NCBI GenBank assembly: GCA_020845475.1
Contig: JADLFN010000085.1
Location: forward strand, 4,913 to 68,912
DNA: 64,000 nucleotides
Direction of reading: 5' to 3'
Origin: Planctomycetota bacterium
GTDB lineage: Bacteria > Planctomycetota > UBA8742 > UBA2392
Shown piece by piece: positions 47,156-57,157 of the stretch (position 1 is the first letter of the stretch; each line of letters opens with the position of its first letter). Both the position numbers and the translations under genes were made by a program. The notes below the pieces were generated by a model. It ran no database searches and was not told the DNA's origin. It worked only from the letters and a program-made list of their open reading frames with translations.

Positions 47156-48130
47156 ATGGCCACTGAGGTTCAGACCGTTCTCAAGGACTACTCGCGACCC
47201 ATCACGGCGCTGGATCTTTCACCCGAGGGAGACAGATTTGTCCTCGCCCATCCCGGTTTGCGCGGCGGGCCGGGCCGGATCTCGATCTGGCACGCGCGGC
47301 GCGAAGAACTTCTTCTCGAGTCTCCCAGCGCCTCGCATTCAGGGTTGTTTGCCGCGCGCTTTGCCCGCGGGGGCCGCACAGTCATTTACGGCGCGCTTGA
47401 TTCGCGCCAGGTGTACGAGTTCGACACGCTCAGCGCGGCGCGGCGAAAGCTCGAGCTTGAAGTGCCCAACCCGCGCCATCTTTGCGTAGGCAACCAGGGA
47501 AAGTGGCTGGCAGTCTGTGGCGACGTGGCGCGCGTTTACGACCTGGCGCGGCAGGAGTTTGTGCTCGCTCATTGCCTGCCTGAGCGCCCAAGTCCTGATG
47601 GCAAGCCCTCCGGGCTGGTGTGCGTGAGCGATGACGGTGCGCGCCTTCTTTATCAGATGGCCGCGCCCGCCCATGTACTGTTGCTCAATGCGCAAAGCGG
47701 GCGGGTGCTGCGGCGTCTCACAGGCAGCCCGCCGGAACTGCAGGCGCTCGCGATTGACGCCAGGTGCCAATTTGCGGGCGCCATCGAATATGAAACCCGC
47801 GGCACGTTCCTGTGGGATCTCGAAAGCGGCAACCCGCTGTGGCCCGAATTGTTCAATGCGCGCATGACGCACAACTGGTGCATGAGGTTTTCGCCCACCG
47901 AGCCAAGACTCGCCATCGGAATGACGACTGGGTTCGTGTTCTCGGTGAACCTGACGACGGGAACGATCGAGTTCGAGAGAAAGCTGCACGAAGGGCGTGT
48001 CTGGGATTTGGCGTTCACGAGAGACGGGCAAGAACTTTACACCGCAGGAGAGGACGGAGCAGTCTGCCAGGTGCGTTTCAACGCCGGCGAGCGCACCGAC
48101 TTGGGTCTGGAAAAACACGGGTTTGAGTAG
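47156..48130 (+). CDS. WD40/beta-propeller repeat protein
   Basis: Contains repeats of the form ...ITALDLSPEGDRFVLAH... and HEGRVWDLAFTRDGQELYTAGEDGAVCQVRF. Confidence 0.6.
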   Translation: MATEVQTVLKDYSRPITALDLSPEGDRFVLAHPGLRGGPGRISIWHARREELLLESPSASHSGLFAARFARGGRTVIYGALDSRQVYEFDTLSAARRKLELEVPNPRHLCVGNQGKWLAVCGDVARVYDLARQEFVLAHCLPERPSPDGKPSGLVCVSDDGARLLYQMAAPAHVLLLNAQSGRVLRRLTGSPPELQALAIDARCQFAGAIEYETRGTFLWDLESGNPLWPELFNARMTHNWCMRFSPTEPRLAIGMTTGFVFSVNLTTGTIEFERKLHEGRVWDLAFTRDGQELYTAGEDGAVCQVRFNAGERTDLGLEKHGFE

Positions 48131-48282
48131 CGCGCGCTGTTCGGCCCGCGTCGCGTCAAACGGGTAGTGCTTACACACTTCAGGCAACGCGATTGCCGGG
48201 ATTGCCGCCCTAAGGCCAAAAACCGCGGGGCGGGCTGGGGCACGACAATTGCATAGGTCTGGCGTACCTTAGGGAGAGGTCC

Positions 48283-50256
48283 ATGCGGCATCTTCGCTGG
48301 TTGACCCTGTGTGTGCTGGCTCTTGCTGTGGTGGGCTGTTCCATAGAGTGGGAGGTCGATTTTCCCACGCCCAATGGCCCTGTAACGGCGGGTTTTGCCA
48401 CGCGCGACGTTACTCTGGCCGCGGGCATGACCGAGCTTCAGCCCGCCGCCTCCGACACACTTTCGCCGACGATCAACCTTTCGCGACTGAATGTGAATTC
48501 CCTTCAGCGCGTCTATGAACTTGAGACACCCGCCGGCACCGACTTCGCCTTCTCGGTCGTGGCGCGCGGCTTGGGCAACGTTGGCATGACGCGCGTTTCC
48601 GTGGCGCACGCCGCGGCCAATGGCCTGACGCCTAGCTCGGGCGTTGAGAGCATCGCCGACAACGGCATGACGCTGGAAGGCGCGGGCATGAGCTACCGCG
48701 GCGACTGGCTCGATGTGACGGGCGACGGATTTTCGCGTATCACGATTCGCGGCAACATTTCCACCAGCCAATCGCTGGTGCTCTCGGTGCCGCGCGCCAA
48801 CGACACGATCAACATCGGCGTGCGCATCAGCATCGGCAACCAGAGCGCGATCAACGTGATTGTGCCGGGGCTTTCCGGCATGCACCCCGGCATGACCTCG
48901 ACGACGATTTTCTCCAGCGATTCGTGGCAGTTCGGGTTACCCGCGATTGCTGTTTCCGGCGACCGCTACAGCATTGCAACTTACAACGGCGATTCAGCGT
49001 CTGCGTACACCACGCGCAAGCGCCAGTGGCTGCAGTATGACGCGCTAACGAGCACAGTGACCGGCGGCAACGCCGATTGCCCGAGCTATGACGCCGGCTT
49101 CTGGCGCGACCAGGAGATCGCGGCATTGGGCAACGTGCTGGCGGTGGTTTACACCGGCAATGGTGAAGTGCGCGCGGACATCAGCCTCGATCGCGGCGCC
49201 ACGTTTGCTATCCAGCAGGTGTTGAACATCGGCGCGTGCTGGGGCCAGCGACTGGTGCAGGCCGCGCTTTCAGACAACTACACGCTGGCCTGCCTGTTCT
49301 GGCGCACGGTGGGCTCACAGAACGCGCCGCGCAGCGAACTGGTGCTGGTGGAAGCCGTGCCCACGGGCTACGACATCAACAACACGCCCATTGGATATGC
49401 TTGGAGTGCTCCGCGCATCATCCATGACGCGGGCGACGACGTGACGCCTCTGCTGATGCACCTGACCTATTCGAGCGGCGGCGATCTTGCCATCGGCTAT
49501 GGCTACACCATCGTGACGCCGGGTGCGGGCTGGACGGTGACGAGCAGCTCGCGCTTCCGTTGCGCGGTGCGCCAAAGCGGACAGAGCGTGTTCCTTGACC
49601 AGGAACTCGACCGCGAGGATTTCACCATGCCGTGTGATCCGCACGTGGCGGTGCTCGGCTCAGGCCCGACGATGGAGATTTTCTACGCCTACGAAAAGAC
49701 CGACGGCATCCACCTGCTTTACAGCGCAAACGCCGGCCTGAGCTTTACGCAAGCAGCATTTGCTCCAGAGCCCGGCGCGGCCATGCCCAACGTGTGCGCG
49801 CGCATGCAGGGCGCGCAAAAGCGCGTTGATCTGCTCTATTGCGCGCAAGCGGCGATGGGCATGGAGATTCACAGCGTTCACTGGGACGACTTTGGGGTGA
49901 GCACTCCGGCGATGTATCGCGTTACACAATGCACCGTGGTGCCCGCCAGCGCGCCGGCCTACCCCGGCTTGCCCAACGGGCTGGACATCACCAGCGTGGA
50001 TTGGTTTGGCTACGACGCCGTGGTCAAGGGCGACGACGTGGCGGTGGTGGTGCACGAGCGCACTTACAACAGCTATGAATACTTCGGCATGTGGGGCGGC
50101 ACGTTTGGCGCGCCGCTGGCCGGCGCCAGCGGCGGCGGAGGGGGAGGCAGTGCCGCAACCGCTCCGCCTCCGGTGCTGTTGCCCGGCATGACCGGCACCG
50201 TAGCCGCGCCCAACAGCGCGCACCGCAATCAGTTGAAGCTGATTACACTGGATTAG
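48283..50256 (+). CDS. Asp-box (BNR)/sialidase-like beta-propeller lipoprotein, paralog 2
   Basis: Has a lipobox, LAVVGC, and a GGGAGAGG Shine-Dalgarno. Asp-box-like motifs are SLDRGATF and SANAGLSF. It is collinear with 41975..43939, including the C-terminal tail. Confidence 0.65.
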   Translation: MRHLRWLTLCVLALAVVGCSIEWEVDFPTPNGPVTAGFATRDVTLAAGMTELQPAASDTLSPTINLSRLNVNSLQRVYELETPAGTDFAFSVVARGLGNVGMTRVSVAHAAANGLTPSSGVESIADNGMTLEGAGMSYRGDWLDVTGDGFSRITIRGNISTSQSLVLSVPRANDTINIGVRISIGNQSAINVIVPGLSGMHPGMTSTTIFSSDSWQFGLPAIAVSGDRYSIATYNGDSASAYTTRKRQWLQYDALTSTVTGGNADCPSYDAGFWRDQEIAALGNVLAVVYTGNGEVRADISLDRGATFAIQQVLNIGACWGQRLVQAALSDNYTLACLFWRTVGSQNAPRSELVLVEAVPTGYDINNTPIGYAWSAPRIIHDAGDDVTPLLMHLTYSSGGDLAIGYGYTIVTPGAGWTVTSSSRFRCAVRQSGQSVFLDQELDREDFTMPCDPHVAVLGSGPTMEIFYAYEKTDGIHLLYSANAGLSFTQAAFAPEPGAAMPNVCARMQGAQKRVDLLYCAQAAMGMEIHSVHWDDFGVSTPAMYRVTQCTVVPASAPAYPGLPNGLDITSVDWFGYDAVVKGDDVAVVVHERTYNSYEYFGMWGGTFGAPLAGASGGGGGGSAATAPPPVLLPGMTGTVAAPNSAHRNQLKLITLD

Positions 50257-50315
50257 TGATTCCGGCTTGATGTGTTGCAGGGGCGCAGCGCGCTGCGCCC
50301 CTGCGCTATTTGGAG

Positions 50316-51506
50316 CTACTTGCCCTTGGCAACCTCGCCCAAGGCCTTGGCCAGTTCGCGCACGTTGTCGCTGGTGATCGTCAGCGGCGGCAACAGGCGG
50401 ATCTGGTCCTTGGGGCCGCTCGTGCCAACGATGACGCCCTTCTTGATCAGGGCTTCGACTACGGGCTTGGCCTCGCGGTCGAGATCAACGCCCAGCAGCA
50501 GGCCCTTTCCCTTGACGGCGCGCACGCACGAGATGCCGCCGAGGCGATCGCGGATTTCCTGCTCCATTTCCTTGGCGCGCTCGTGCAGCTTGTCGCGCGT
50601 AATGATGTTCACCGTCGCGCGTAAAGCCGCCATAGCCAACGGCCCGCCGCCAAAGGTGCTGCCGTGCTCGCCTGGCGCGGGCGCGCCCTTGATGGCTTCG
50701 CTCAGAATCACCGCGCCGCAGGGCACGCCGCCGGCGATGGCCTTGGCGCAGGTTGCAATCTCGGGCTCGACGCCCCAGTGCATGCCCGCCATGGGTGCTC
50801 CCGTGCGGCCGAGCGCCGTCTGCACCTCGTCAAAGATCAAGGCCGCGCCGCTGCCGCTGCACAATTCCCGCACCTGGTCGTAATAACGGCGCGTAGCCAC
50901 GCGCACGCCGCCCGTGCTCTGGACGGGTTCCATGATAACGGCCGCGACATCCTTGTTCATCGCGCGTTCGAGCTGGTCGTAGTCGCCAAAGGGCACGAAT
51001 TCCGTGAGCTTGTCGAGGTTGTCGGGAAAGGTGTTGCGCAGCTTTTCGCTGCCGGTGACGCTCAGCGAGCCAATGGTGCGGCCGTGGAATCCGGTCGTGG
51101 TGGCAATGATGCGAGAACGGCCCGTCGCGCGGCGCGCGATCTTGAGCGCCGTCTCGTTGGCTTCGGTGCCGCTGTTGCAGAAGAACACGCCTTTGGAGTT
51201 TGGGTAGGCTGCCTGGCACAGGGCCTTGCCGGCTTCCGCGCGCTGGTCGTTGAAGACCACGTTCGAGTAGAAAATCAGCTTGCCGGCTTGATCAGAAATC
51301 GCCTTGACGACCTCCGGGTGGCAGTGGCCGACGCTGGCGACTGCGTGGCCACCGTAGAAGTCGAGGTATCTCTTACCCTCGTCATCAAACACGAACGCAC
51401 CTTCGCCGCGCACGATAGTCAGTGGCAGCTTTTCGTAGGTGCTGATGAGCCAGGATTCCTCGAGCTCACGGTAGTTGGCTTTATCCGCTGCGCTTGACTT
51501 CGCCAT
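50316..51506 (-). CDS. argD: acetylornithine/class-III aminotransferase
   Basis: LDFYGGHAVASVGHCHP, IFDEVQT and TCAKAIAGG (PLP Lys) are present. An AGAGGA Shine-Dalgarno lies upstream. Confidence 0.8.
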   Translation of the reverse strand: MAKSSAADKANYRELEESWLISTYEKLPLTIVRGEGAFVFDDEGKRYLDFYGGHAVASVGHCHPEVVKAISDQAGKLIFYSNVVFNDQRAEAGKALCQAAYPNSKGVFFCNSGTEANETALKIARRATGRSRIIATTTGFHGRTIGSLSVTGSEKLRNTFPDNLDKLTEFVPFGDYDQLERAMNKDVAAVIMEPVQSTGGVRVATRRYYDQVRELCSGSGAALIFDEVQTALGRTGAPMAGMHWGVEPEIATCAKAIAGGVPCGAVILSEAIKGAPAPGEHGSTFGGGPLAMAALRATVNIITRDKLHERAKEMEQEIRDRLGGISCVRAVKGKGLLLGVDLDREAKPVVEALIKKGVIVGTSGPKDQIRLLPPLTITSDNVRELAKALGEVAKGK

Positions 51507-51522
51507 CTTGCGTTCCTCTATG

Positions 51523-52470
51523 TTATCCCACTGCCTTCATGCGGGCTGATTGTCCCGGGCTTGCACTTGCAGCCGCGTGCCGTATGGTGGCTTCGGGCAA
51601 TCCTTCGATTACGTCGCTGGCAATCATGCCAAATTCGCCCATCAGGTCGCGCGTCAAATCGCCCGCAAGGCCATGCAAATGTGCGCCAAGAATGGCGGCC
51701 TCCAGGGGCTCGTAACCCTGCGCGCGCATGGCGGCGATCACGCCCGTGAGCACATCACCCATGCCGGCCTTGGCCATGCCGGGGTTGCCCGTGGTGTTGA
51801 TGTAGAGTTTCTCGCCGTCGGTCACGATCGTGCGATGGCCCTTGAGCACCACCACGCAGCCGAACTTCTGCGCGAACTCCAGGGCCGCCTTTTTGCGCGC
51901 GGCTTCGTCGCGTCCCAGATCAATGTTGGTTTGGGCGCCGCTCAGAAGGCGGTGCATCTCGCCGGGGTGGGGGGTGAGCACGGCTTTGCCGGCCTTCTTA
52001 TTAAGCTTGAGCAACACTTCGCCGGGGTCTTTGGAGATGGCGGTCAGCGCGTCGGCGTCAATCACGAGCTTTTGTTCAACTTGCGGCAGCAGATTGCGCA
52101 CGGCGGAGACGGTTTGAGCGTTGGTCGAAATGCCGGGGCCGATGCTGAGCACGTCAAAGCCCTTGAGGGCTTCCAGGATTTTTCCGGGCGCCATGGCGGA
52201 AAGCGTGCCCTCTTCAGTTTCGGGCAAAGCGAGCGTCATGACATTGGGGTCGCGCCCCGCAAGCACGGCGGCCAAACGCCAGGGCATGCCCACGCGCACG
52301 AGGCCGGCACCGGCGCGCAAAGAAGAGCGCGAGCAAAGCACGGCCGCACCCACCATGCCCGCCGAGCCGGCAACGCAGAACACTTTCCCCGCGTCGCCCT
52401 TGTGCATCCAGAGGTCGCGTTTCTTGAGCTTGGGTACGTCGCTGATTTCTTTGACCGCAGCCTTAGCCAT
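51523..52470 (-). CDS. nnrD: ADP-dependent NAD(P)H-hydrate dehydratase
   Basis: HKGDAGKV and GNPGMAKAGMGDVLTG are signatures of the YjeF C-terminal domain. Start chosen at MAKAAVKEIS. Confidence 0.8.
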   Translation of the reverse strand: MAKAAVKEISDVPKLKKRDLWMHKGDAGKVFCVAGSAGMVGAAVLCSRSSLRAGAGLVRVGMPWRLAAVLAGRDPNVMTLALPETEEGTLSAMAPGKILEALKGFDVLSIGPGISTNAQTVSAVRNLLPQVEQKLVIDADALTAISKDPGEVLLKLNKKAGKAVLTPHPGEMHRLLSGAQTNIDLGRDEAARKKAALEFAQKFGCVVVLKGHRTIVTDGEKLYINTTGNPGMAKAGMGDVLTGVIAAMRAQGYEPLEAAILGAHLHGLAGDLTRDLMGEFGMIASDVIEGLPEATIRHAAASASPGQSARMKAVG

Positions 52471-52573
52471 GGGCGGCACAATAGAAAATCGTGCGCGAAA
52501 CGGAACAGGAGCCCGAAGCGCAAGCGAGTCGCGCGTTGCGCGACACATCGGCGAGACGCCGATGCCACGGGCA

Positions 52574-52582
52574 TGGTATTTT
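52574..52582 (+). promoter_or_regulatory. extended -10-like TGgTATTTT, 6 nt upstream of ATG 52589 (leaderless candidate)
   Basis: The sequence reads CATGGTATTTTGCGCCCATG. Confidence 0.35.
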
Positions 52583-52588
52583 GCGCCC

Positions 52589-53659
52589 ATGCTTTCGACG
52601 GTTCGTACTTACGCCAGTTTCGTGAAGTTCTCGCACACGGTGTTTGCTCTGCCGTTTGCAATCGCGGGCATGGTGGCGGCTTATGCAGCCGCAATAAAGT
52701 ACACCACTCGCTATTCTTGGGGCCCAGCTATCGATCAGTTCGGCCACATCAACTTCTCGTGGTCGACAATGGGATTAATCCTCGTGTGCATGGTTAGCGC
52801 TCGGACGTTTGCTATGGCCCTCAATCGACTAGTGGACCGCGAAATCGATGCGTTGAATCCTAGAACCGCGCAACGAGAGCTACCCTCGGGCAAGCTCTCG
52901 GCACGAAGTGGGTGGGCATTGGCGCTCATCTCCGCATTCGCGTACTTCGGTTCGTGTTTCACCCTAGGCCAGGTTGTTTTCGTATTGAGTCCCATTCCCC
53001 TAGCGGTGATGTGGCTTTACCCGTACACAAAGCGTTTCACGGCGTTTTGCCATTTCGTTCTCGGGATTTCGCTTGGGTTTGCACCAATTGGCGCGTGGGT
53101 GGCCGTTCGAGGAATGCTCCGCAACTATGACGGAGGTGGCGACGAAGACCCTTTCAATGTCGTCGCAAGCTGGCGTGCGGTCTTGTTTGGATACAAGGGG
53201 TTGTACCTGAAGGGTATGGGCTGGGGCGCGCTAACTGAAGTTGCACCGTGGTTGTTGGCTGCCGCCGTTGCACTTTGGGTCGCGGGTTTCGACATCATTT
53301 ACGCACTACAAGACGAAGAATTCGATCGCCACCACAGACTACGCTCGATTCCCGCAGCATTAGGGCGGGTGCAAGCACTACGGGTCTCGCGGCTTGCCCA
53401 TGCCTTGGGCGCTGTGCTTTTCTCCGCGTTTGTCTTCGCGGTTATGCACGACCCGTGGGATATGGGCGGTTACTCCCGTACCAATCTTGCCCCGTGGGTT
53501 TGGGCCGCGCCGTGTGTGATGTTGGTGGGCATGGTCTACCAGCACTCGCTGGTGAAGCCTGACGACCTCTCGCGTGTGAACGTGGCTTTCTTCACTGTGA
53601 ACGGGGTTATCAGCGTCATTTTTGGCGCGATTTTTGTGGCGGCGTGGCTGCTGGCGTAG
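52589..53659 (+). CDS. UbiA-family aromatic prenyltransferase
   Basis: NRLVDREIDALNPRT gives the NxxxDxxxD motif and DIIYALQDEEFD is the second Asp-rich motif. The protein is polytopic with multiple TM helices. Start chosen at MLSTVRTY. Confidence 0.8.
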   Translation: MLSTVRTYASFVKFSHTVFALPFAIAGMVAAYAAAIKYTTRYSWGPAIDQFGHINFSWSTMGLILVCMVSARTFAMALNRLVDREIDALNPRTAQRELPSGKLSARSGWALALISAFAYFGSCFTLGQVVFVLSPIPLAVMWLYPYTKRFTAFCHFVLGISLGFAPIGAWVAVRGMLRNYDGGGDEDPFNVVASWRAVLFGYKGLYLKGMGWGALTEVAPWLLAAAVALWVAGFDIIYALQDEEFDRHHRLRSIPAALGRVQALRVSRLAHALGAVLFSAFVFAVMHDPWDMGGYSRTNLAPWVWAAPCVMLVGMVYQHSLVKPDDLSRVNVAFFTVNGVISVIFGAIFVAAWLLA

Positions 53660-55222
<1,563 letters not shown>

Positions 55223-55231
55223 GCAACGAAA

Positions 55232-55258
55232 TCTGAATTCTGAATTCTGAAATCAGAG
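55232..55258. repeat. CTGAATTCTGAAT motif copy (family C) after atpD
   Basis: TCTGAATTCTGAATTCTGAAATCAGAG lies 10 nt after the atpD stop. It shares the CTGAATTCTGAAT core with 38953..39038. Confidence 0.6.
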
Positions 55259-55306
55259 TTCCGATGTCACAATGGCCGCCCCACTTGTGGGCCGAAGGAA
55301 TTGCTC

Positions 55307-55681
55307 ATGGCAGGTTATCCACCGCAGCAGCAGCCGCCCCAGGGCTATGGTCAGCCGCCGCAAGGCTATGGCCAGCCCGGTTATGGCGCGCCCATGGGTC
55401 AGCCGATGATGGCCGATCCCAACGCGCCTTATGGCTACGATCCCAAAACGGGTCTGCCTTACTCCGACAAGCAGAAGATTGTTGCAGGCATCCTGCAGTT
55501 ATTGCTTGGGGGGTTTGGTGCCGGCAGGTTCTACACGGGGCACACGGGCACGGCGGTTGCGCAACTGCTGCTTACGTTCTTTGTTTGCGGTGTTGGCTCC
55601 ATTTGGGCACTGATTGACGGCATCATGATTTTGACGGGCGATCCCACTGACGCACAGGGTCGGCCGCTGCGCCCCAACTAG
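55307..55681 (+). CDS. TM2-domain membrane protein with P/Q/G/Y-rich N-terminal tail
   Basis: [22 protein letters not shown]...[13 protein letters not shown] matches the TM2 domain. The N-terminal tail is [25 protein letters not shown]. Confidence 0.7.
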   Translation: MAGYPPQQQPPQGYGQPPQGYGQPGYGAPMGQPMMADPNAPYGYDPKTGLPYSDKQKIVAGILQLLLGGFGAGRFYTGHTGTAVAQLLLTFFVCGVGSIWALIDGIMILTGDPTDAQGRPLRPN

Positions 55682-55694
55682 ATAAAGGAATGCC

Positions 55695-56024
55695 ATGGCA
55701 GGCGGATACCCTCCTCAACAGCAGCCCCCGCAGGGCTACGGTCAGTCTCAGGTTGATCCCAACGCGCCCTATGGCGTTGACCCCAAGACAGGCATTCCGT
55801 ACTCCGACAAGCAAAAAATGCTTGCAGCTGGTCTTCAACTTCTGCCCGTGGTGTTTCCCATTGGGGGCATTGGACGCCTCTACGCCGGCCATGTTGGCAC
55901 GGGTGTGGCCCAGATTGTGCTCAGCTTCCTTTGCATTGGGCAGTTCTGGTCGATCATTGATGGCATCCTGATGTTTGTTAATGAGAGCCCGACAGACGGC
56001 CAAGGCCGCATCTTGAGACCCTAA
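55695..56024 (+). CDS. TM2-domain membrane protein, tandem paralog
   Basis: GGIGRLYAGHVGTGVAQIVL...FWSIIDGILMF matches the TM2 domain. It shares the [17 protein letters not shown]...DPNAPYG.DPKTG.PYSDKQK head with the previous gene. Confidence 0.7.
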   Translation: MAGGYPPQQQPPQGYGQSQVDPNAPYGVDPKTGIPYSDKQKMLAAGLQLLPVVFPIGGIGRLYAGHVGTGVAQIVLSFLCIGQFWSIIDGILMFVNESPTDGQGRILRP

Positions 56025-56095
56025 TCAGCTTGCGGATTTCGGTGGGCAGTCGGTTGCAGCTGCCCGCTATGAGCCGCGCAAAGTAAGCCCACCTT

Positions 56096-56497
56096 ATGCC
56101 TGAACTGACCGTTGACGTTATTTCTCCCGAGAAGCCGCTGTTTTCCGGCAAGGCTGACTCCGTGACCGCGCGCGCCTTTGACGGCGAAGTGGGCATTCTT
56201 TCCGGCCACGCCCCCATGCTCACGAAACTGGGCACGGGTCAGGTGGTCATAACGCAGGGTGCCAGCTCGACTCGCTTTGCGATTCAATCCGGATTCCTCG
56301 AGGTCGCGGACAACAAAGTGGTCGTGCTCAGCGAAAAAGCCGTCGCCGTTGAAGACGCACAATGGGTCAAAGCCGAGGAGATCGCGGCCACGGAAAAGGA
56401 ACTCTCCGAAACCTCCGATCCGGCCCGTCGCGAGGAACTTGAGCAGCGCTTGGCATGGATGCGCGCCTGCGAAAAGCTGCGCCTTGATGTGAAGTAG
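56096..56497 (+). CDS. atpC: F1 ATP synthase subunit epsilon
   Basis: The N-terminal beta-sandwich (VDVISPEKPLFSGKADSVTARAFDGEVGILSGHAPMLTKL) and the helical C-terminus fit epsilon. A strong terminator follows. Confidence 0.85.
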   Translation: MPELTVDVISPEKPLFSGKADSVTARAFDGEVGILSGHAPMLTKLGTGQVVITQGASSTRFAIQSGFLEVADNKVVVLSEKAVAVEDAQWVKAEEIAATEKELSETSDPARREELEQRLAWMRACEKLRLDVK

Positions 56498-56508
56498 CTC
56501 GCAGTTTC

Positions 56509-56539
56509 AAAAACGCCGCGCGACGCGCGGCGTTTTTTT
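56509..56539 (+). terminator. rho-independent terminator after atpC
   Basis: AAAAACGCCGCG-CGACG-CGCGGCGTTTTT with a T7 run, 12 nt after the atpC stop. Confidence 0.7.
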
Positions 56540-56620
56540 GTGTACCCGTGAAGAAGCAGCACGAGAATTTGTAACCGCAACGTGCGTTTGGACACGCTAT
56601 ACTCGGCACCGAGGTGAAAC

Positions 56621-57157
56621 ATGGCCGGCGGCAATGAACATCAACCAGCACCGTGGGAACATCGCAAGAACCCCACACGCGCTTTTGACCCGCAGCAGCC
56701 CCCGGCACAGCCGCAGAGTCCCTATCCTCAGCAGGGGGCGCAACAGCCTTATCAACCCTATGCCGGCCCCGGCTATGGCCAAAATCCGATGTACGGCCAA
56801 CAGGGTTATGCCCAGCCGGGGTACGGCCAGCCCGCTTACGGCCAGCCCTACAATCCGCACGCATATTCAGCGCCCTTTGGCGGGCAGCCCGTGGGCTGGT
56901 CCAAGCCGCACCGTGGCGCAATTGTGCTGGTTCTGGCGATCCTGACCTGGTTCTTCGGCTGCCCGGTTACGGGTTTCATCGCGTTCTTCATGGCCAAGAA
57001 CGACCTGGAAGAAATGAACCAGGGCGTCATGGATCCCTCCGGCAAAGGCCTCACGCAAGTGGGGTACTGGATTGGCCTGGTGGTGGGCTCTTTGTTCACG
57101 TTGATCTGGTTGTTTTACATCGCTTTCTTTGCCTTCATTGCGGTGGCACGTCCATGA
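56621..57157 (+). CDS. DUF4190-like small membrane protein with P/Q/G/Y-rich N-terminal tail
   Basis: Two TM helices (IVLVLAILTWFFGCPVTGFIAFFMA, and later IGLVVGSLFTLIWLFYIAFF) flank a short loop. The N-terminal half is QPYQPYAGPGYGQNPMYGQQGYAQPGYGQP. A GAGGTGA Shine-Dalgarno is present. Confidence 0.55.
   Translation: MAGGNEHQPAPWEHRKNPTRAFDPQQPPAQPQSPYPQQGAQQPYQPYAGPGYGQNPMYGQQGYAQPGYGQPAYGQPYNPHAYSAPFGGQPVGWSKPHRGAIVLVLAILTWFFGCPVTGFIAFFMAKNDLEEMNQGVMDPSGKGLTQVGYWIGLVVGSLFTLIWLFYIAFFAFIAVARP

Noticed and set aside
51550-52797. 415-aa plus-strand ORF antisense to nnrD, and the 52121..52588 N-terminal extension of the UbiA ORF
   Set aside because: Both overlap the well-supported nnrD gene on the other strand. 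The UbiA homology begins only at MLSTVRTY (52589), which also has a -10-like box 6 nt upstream.
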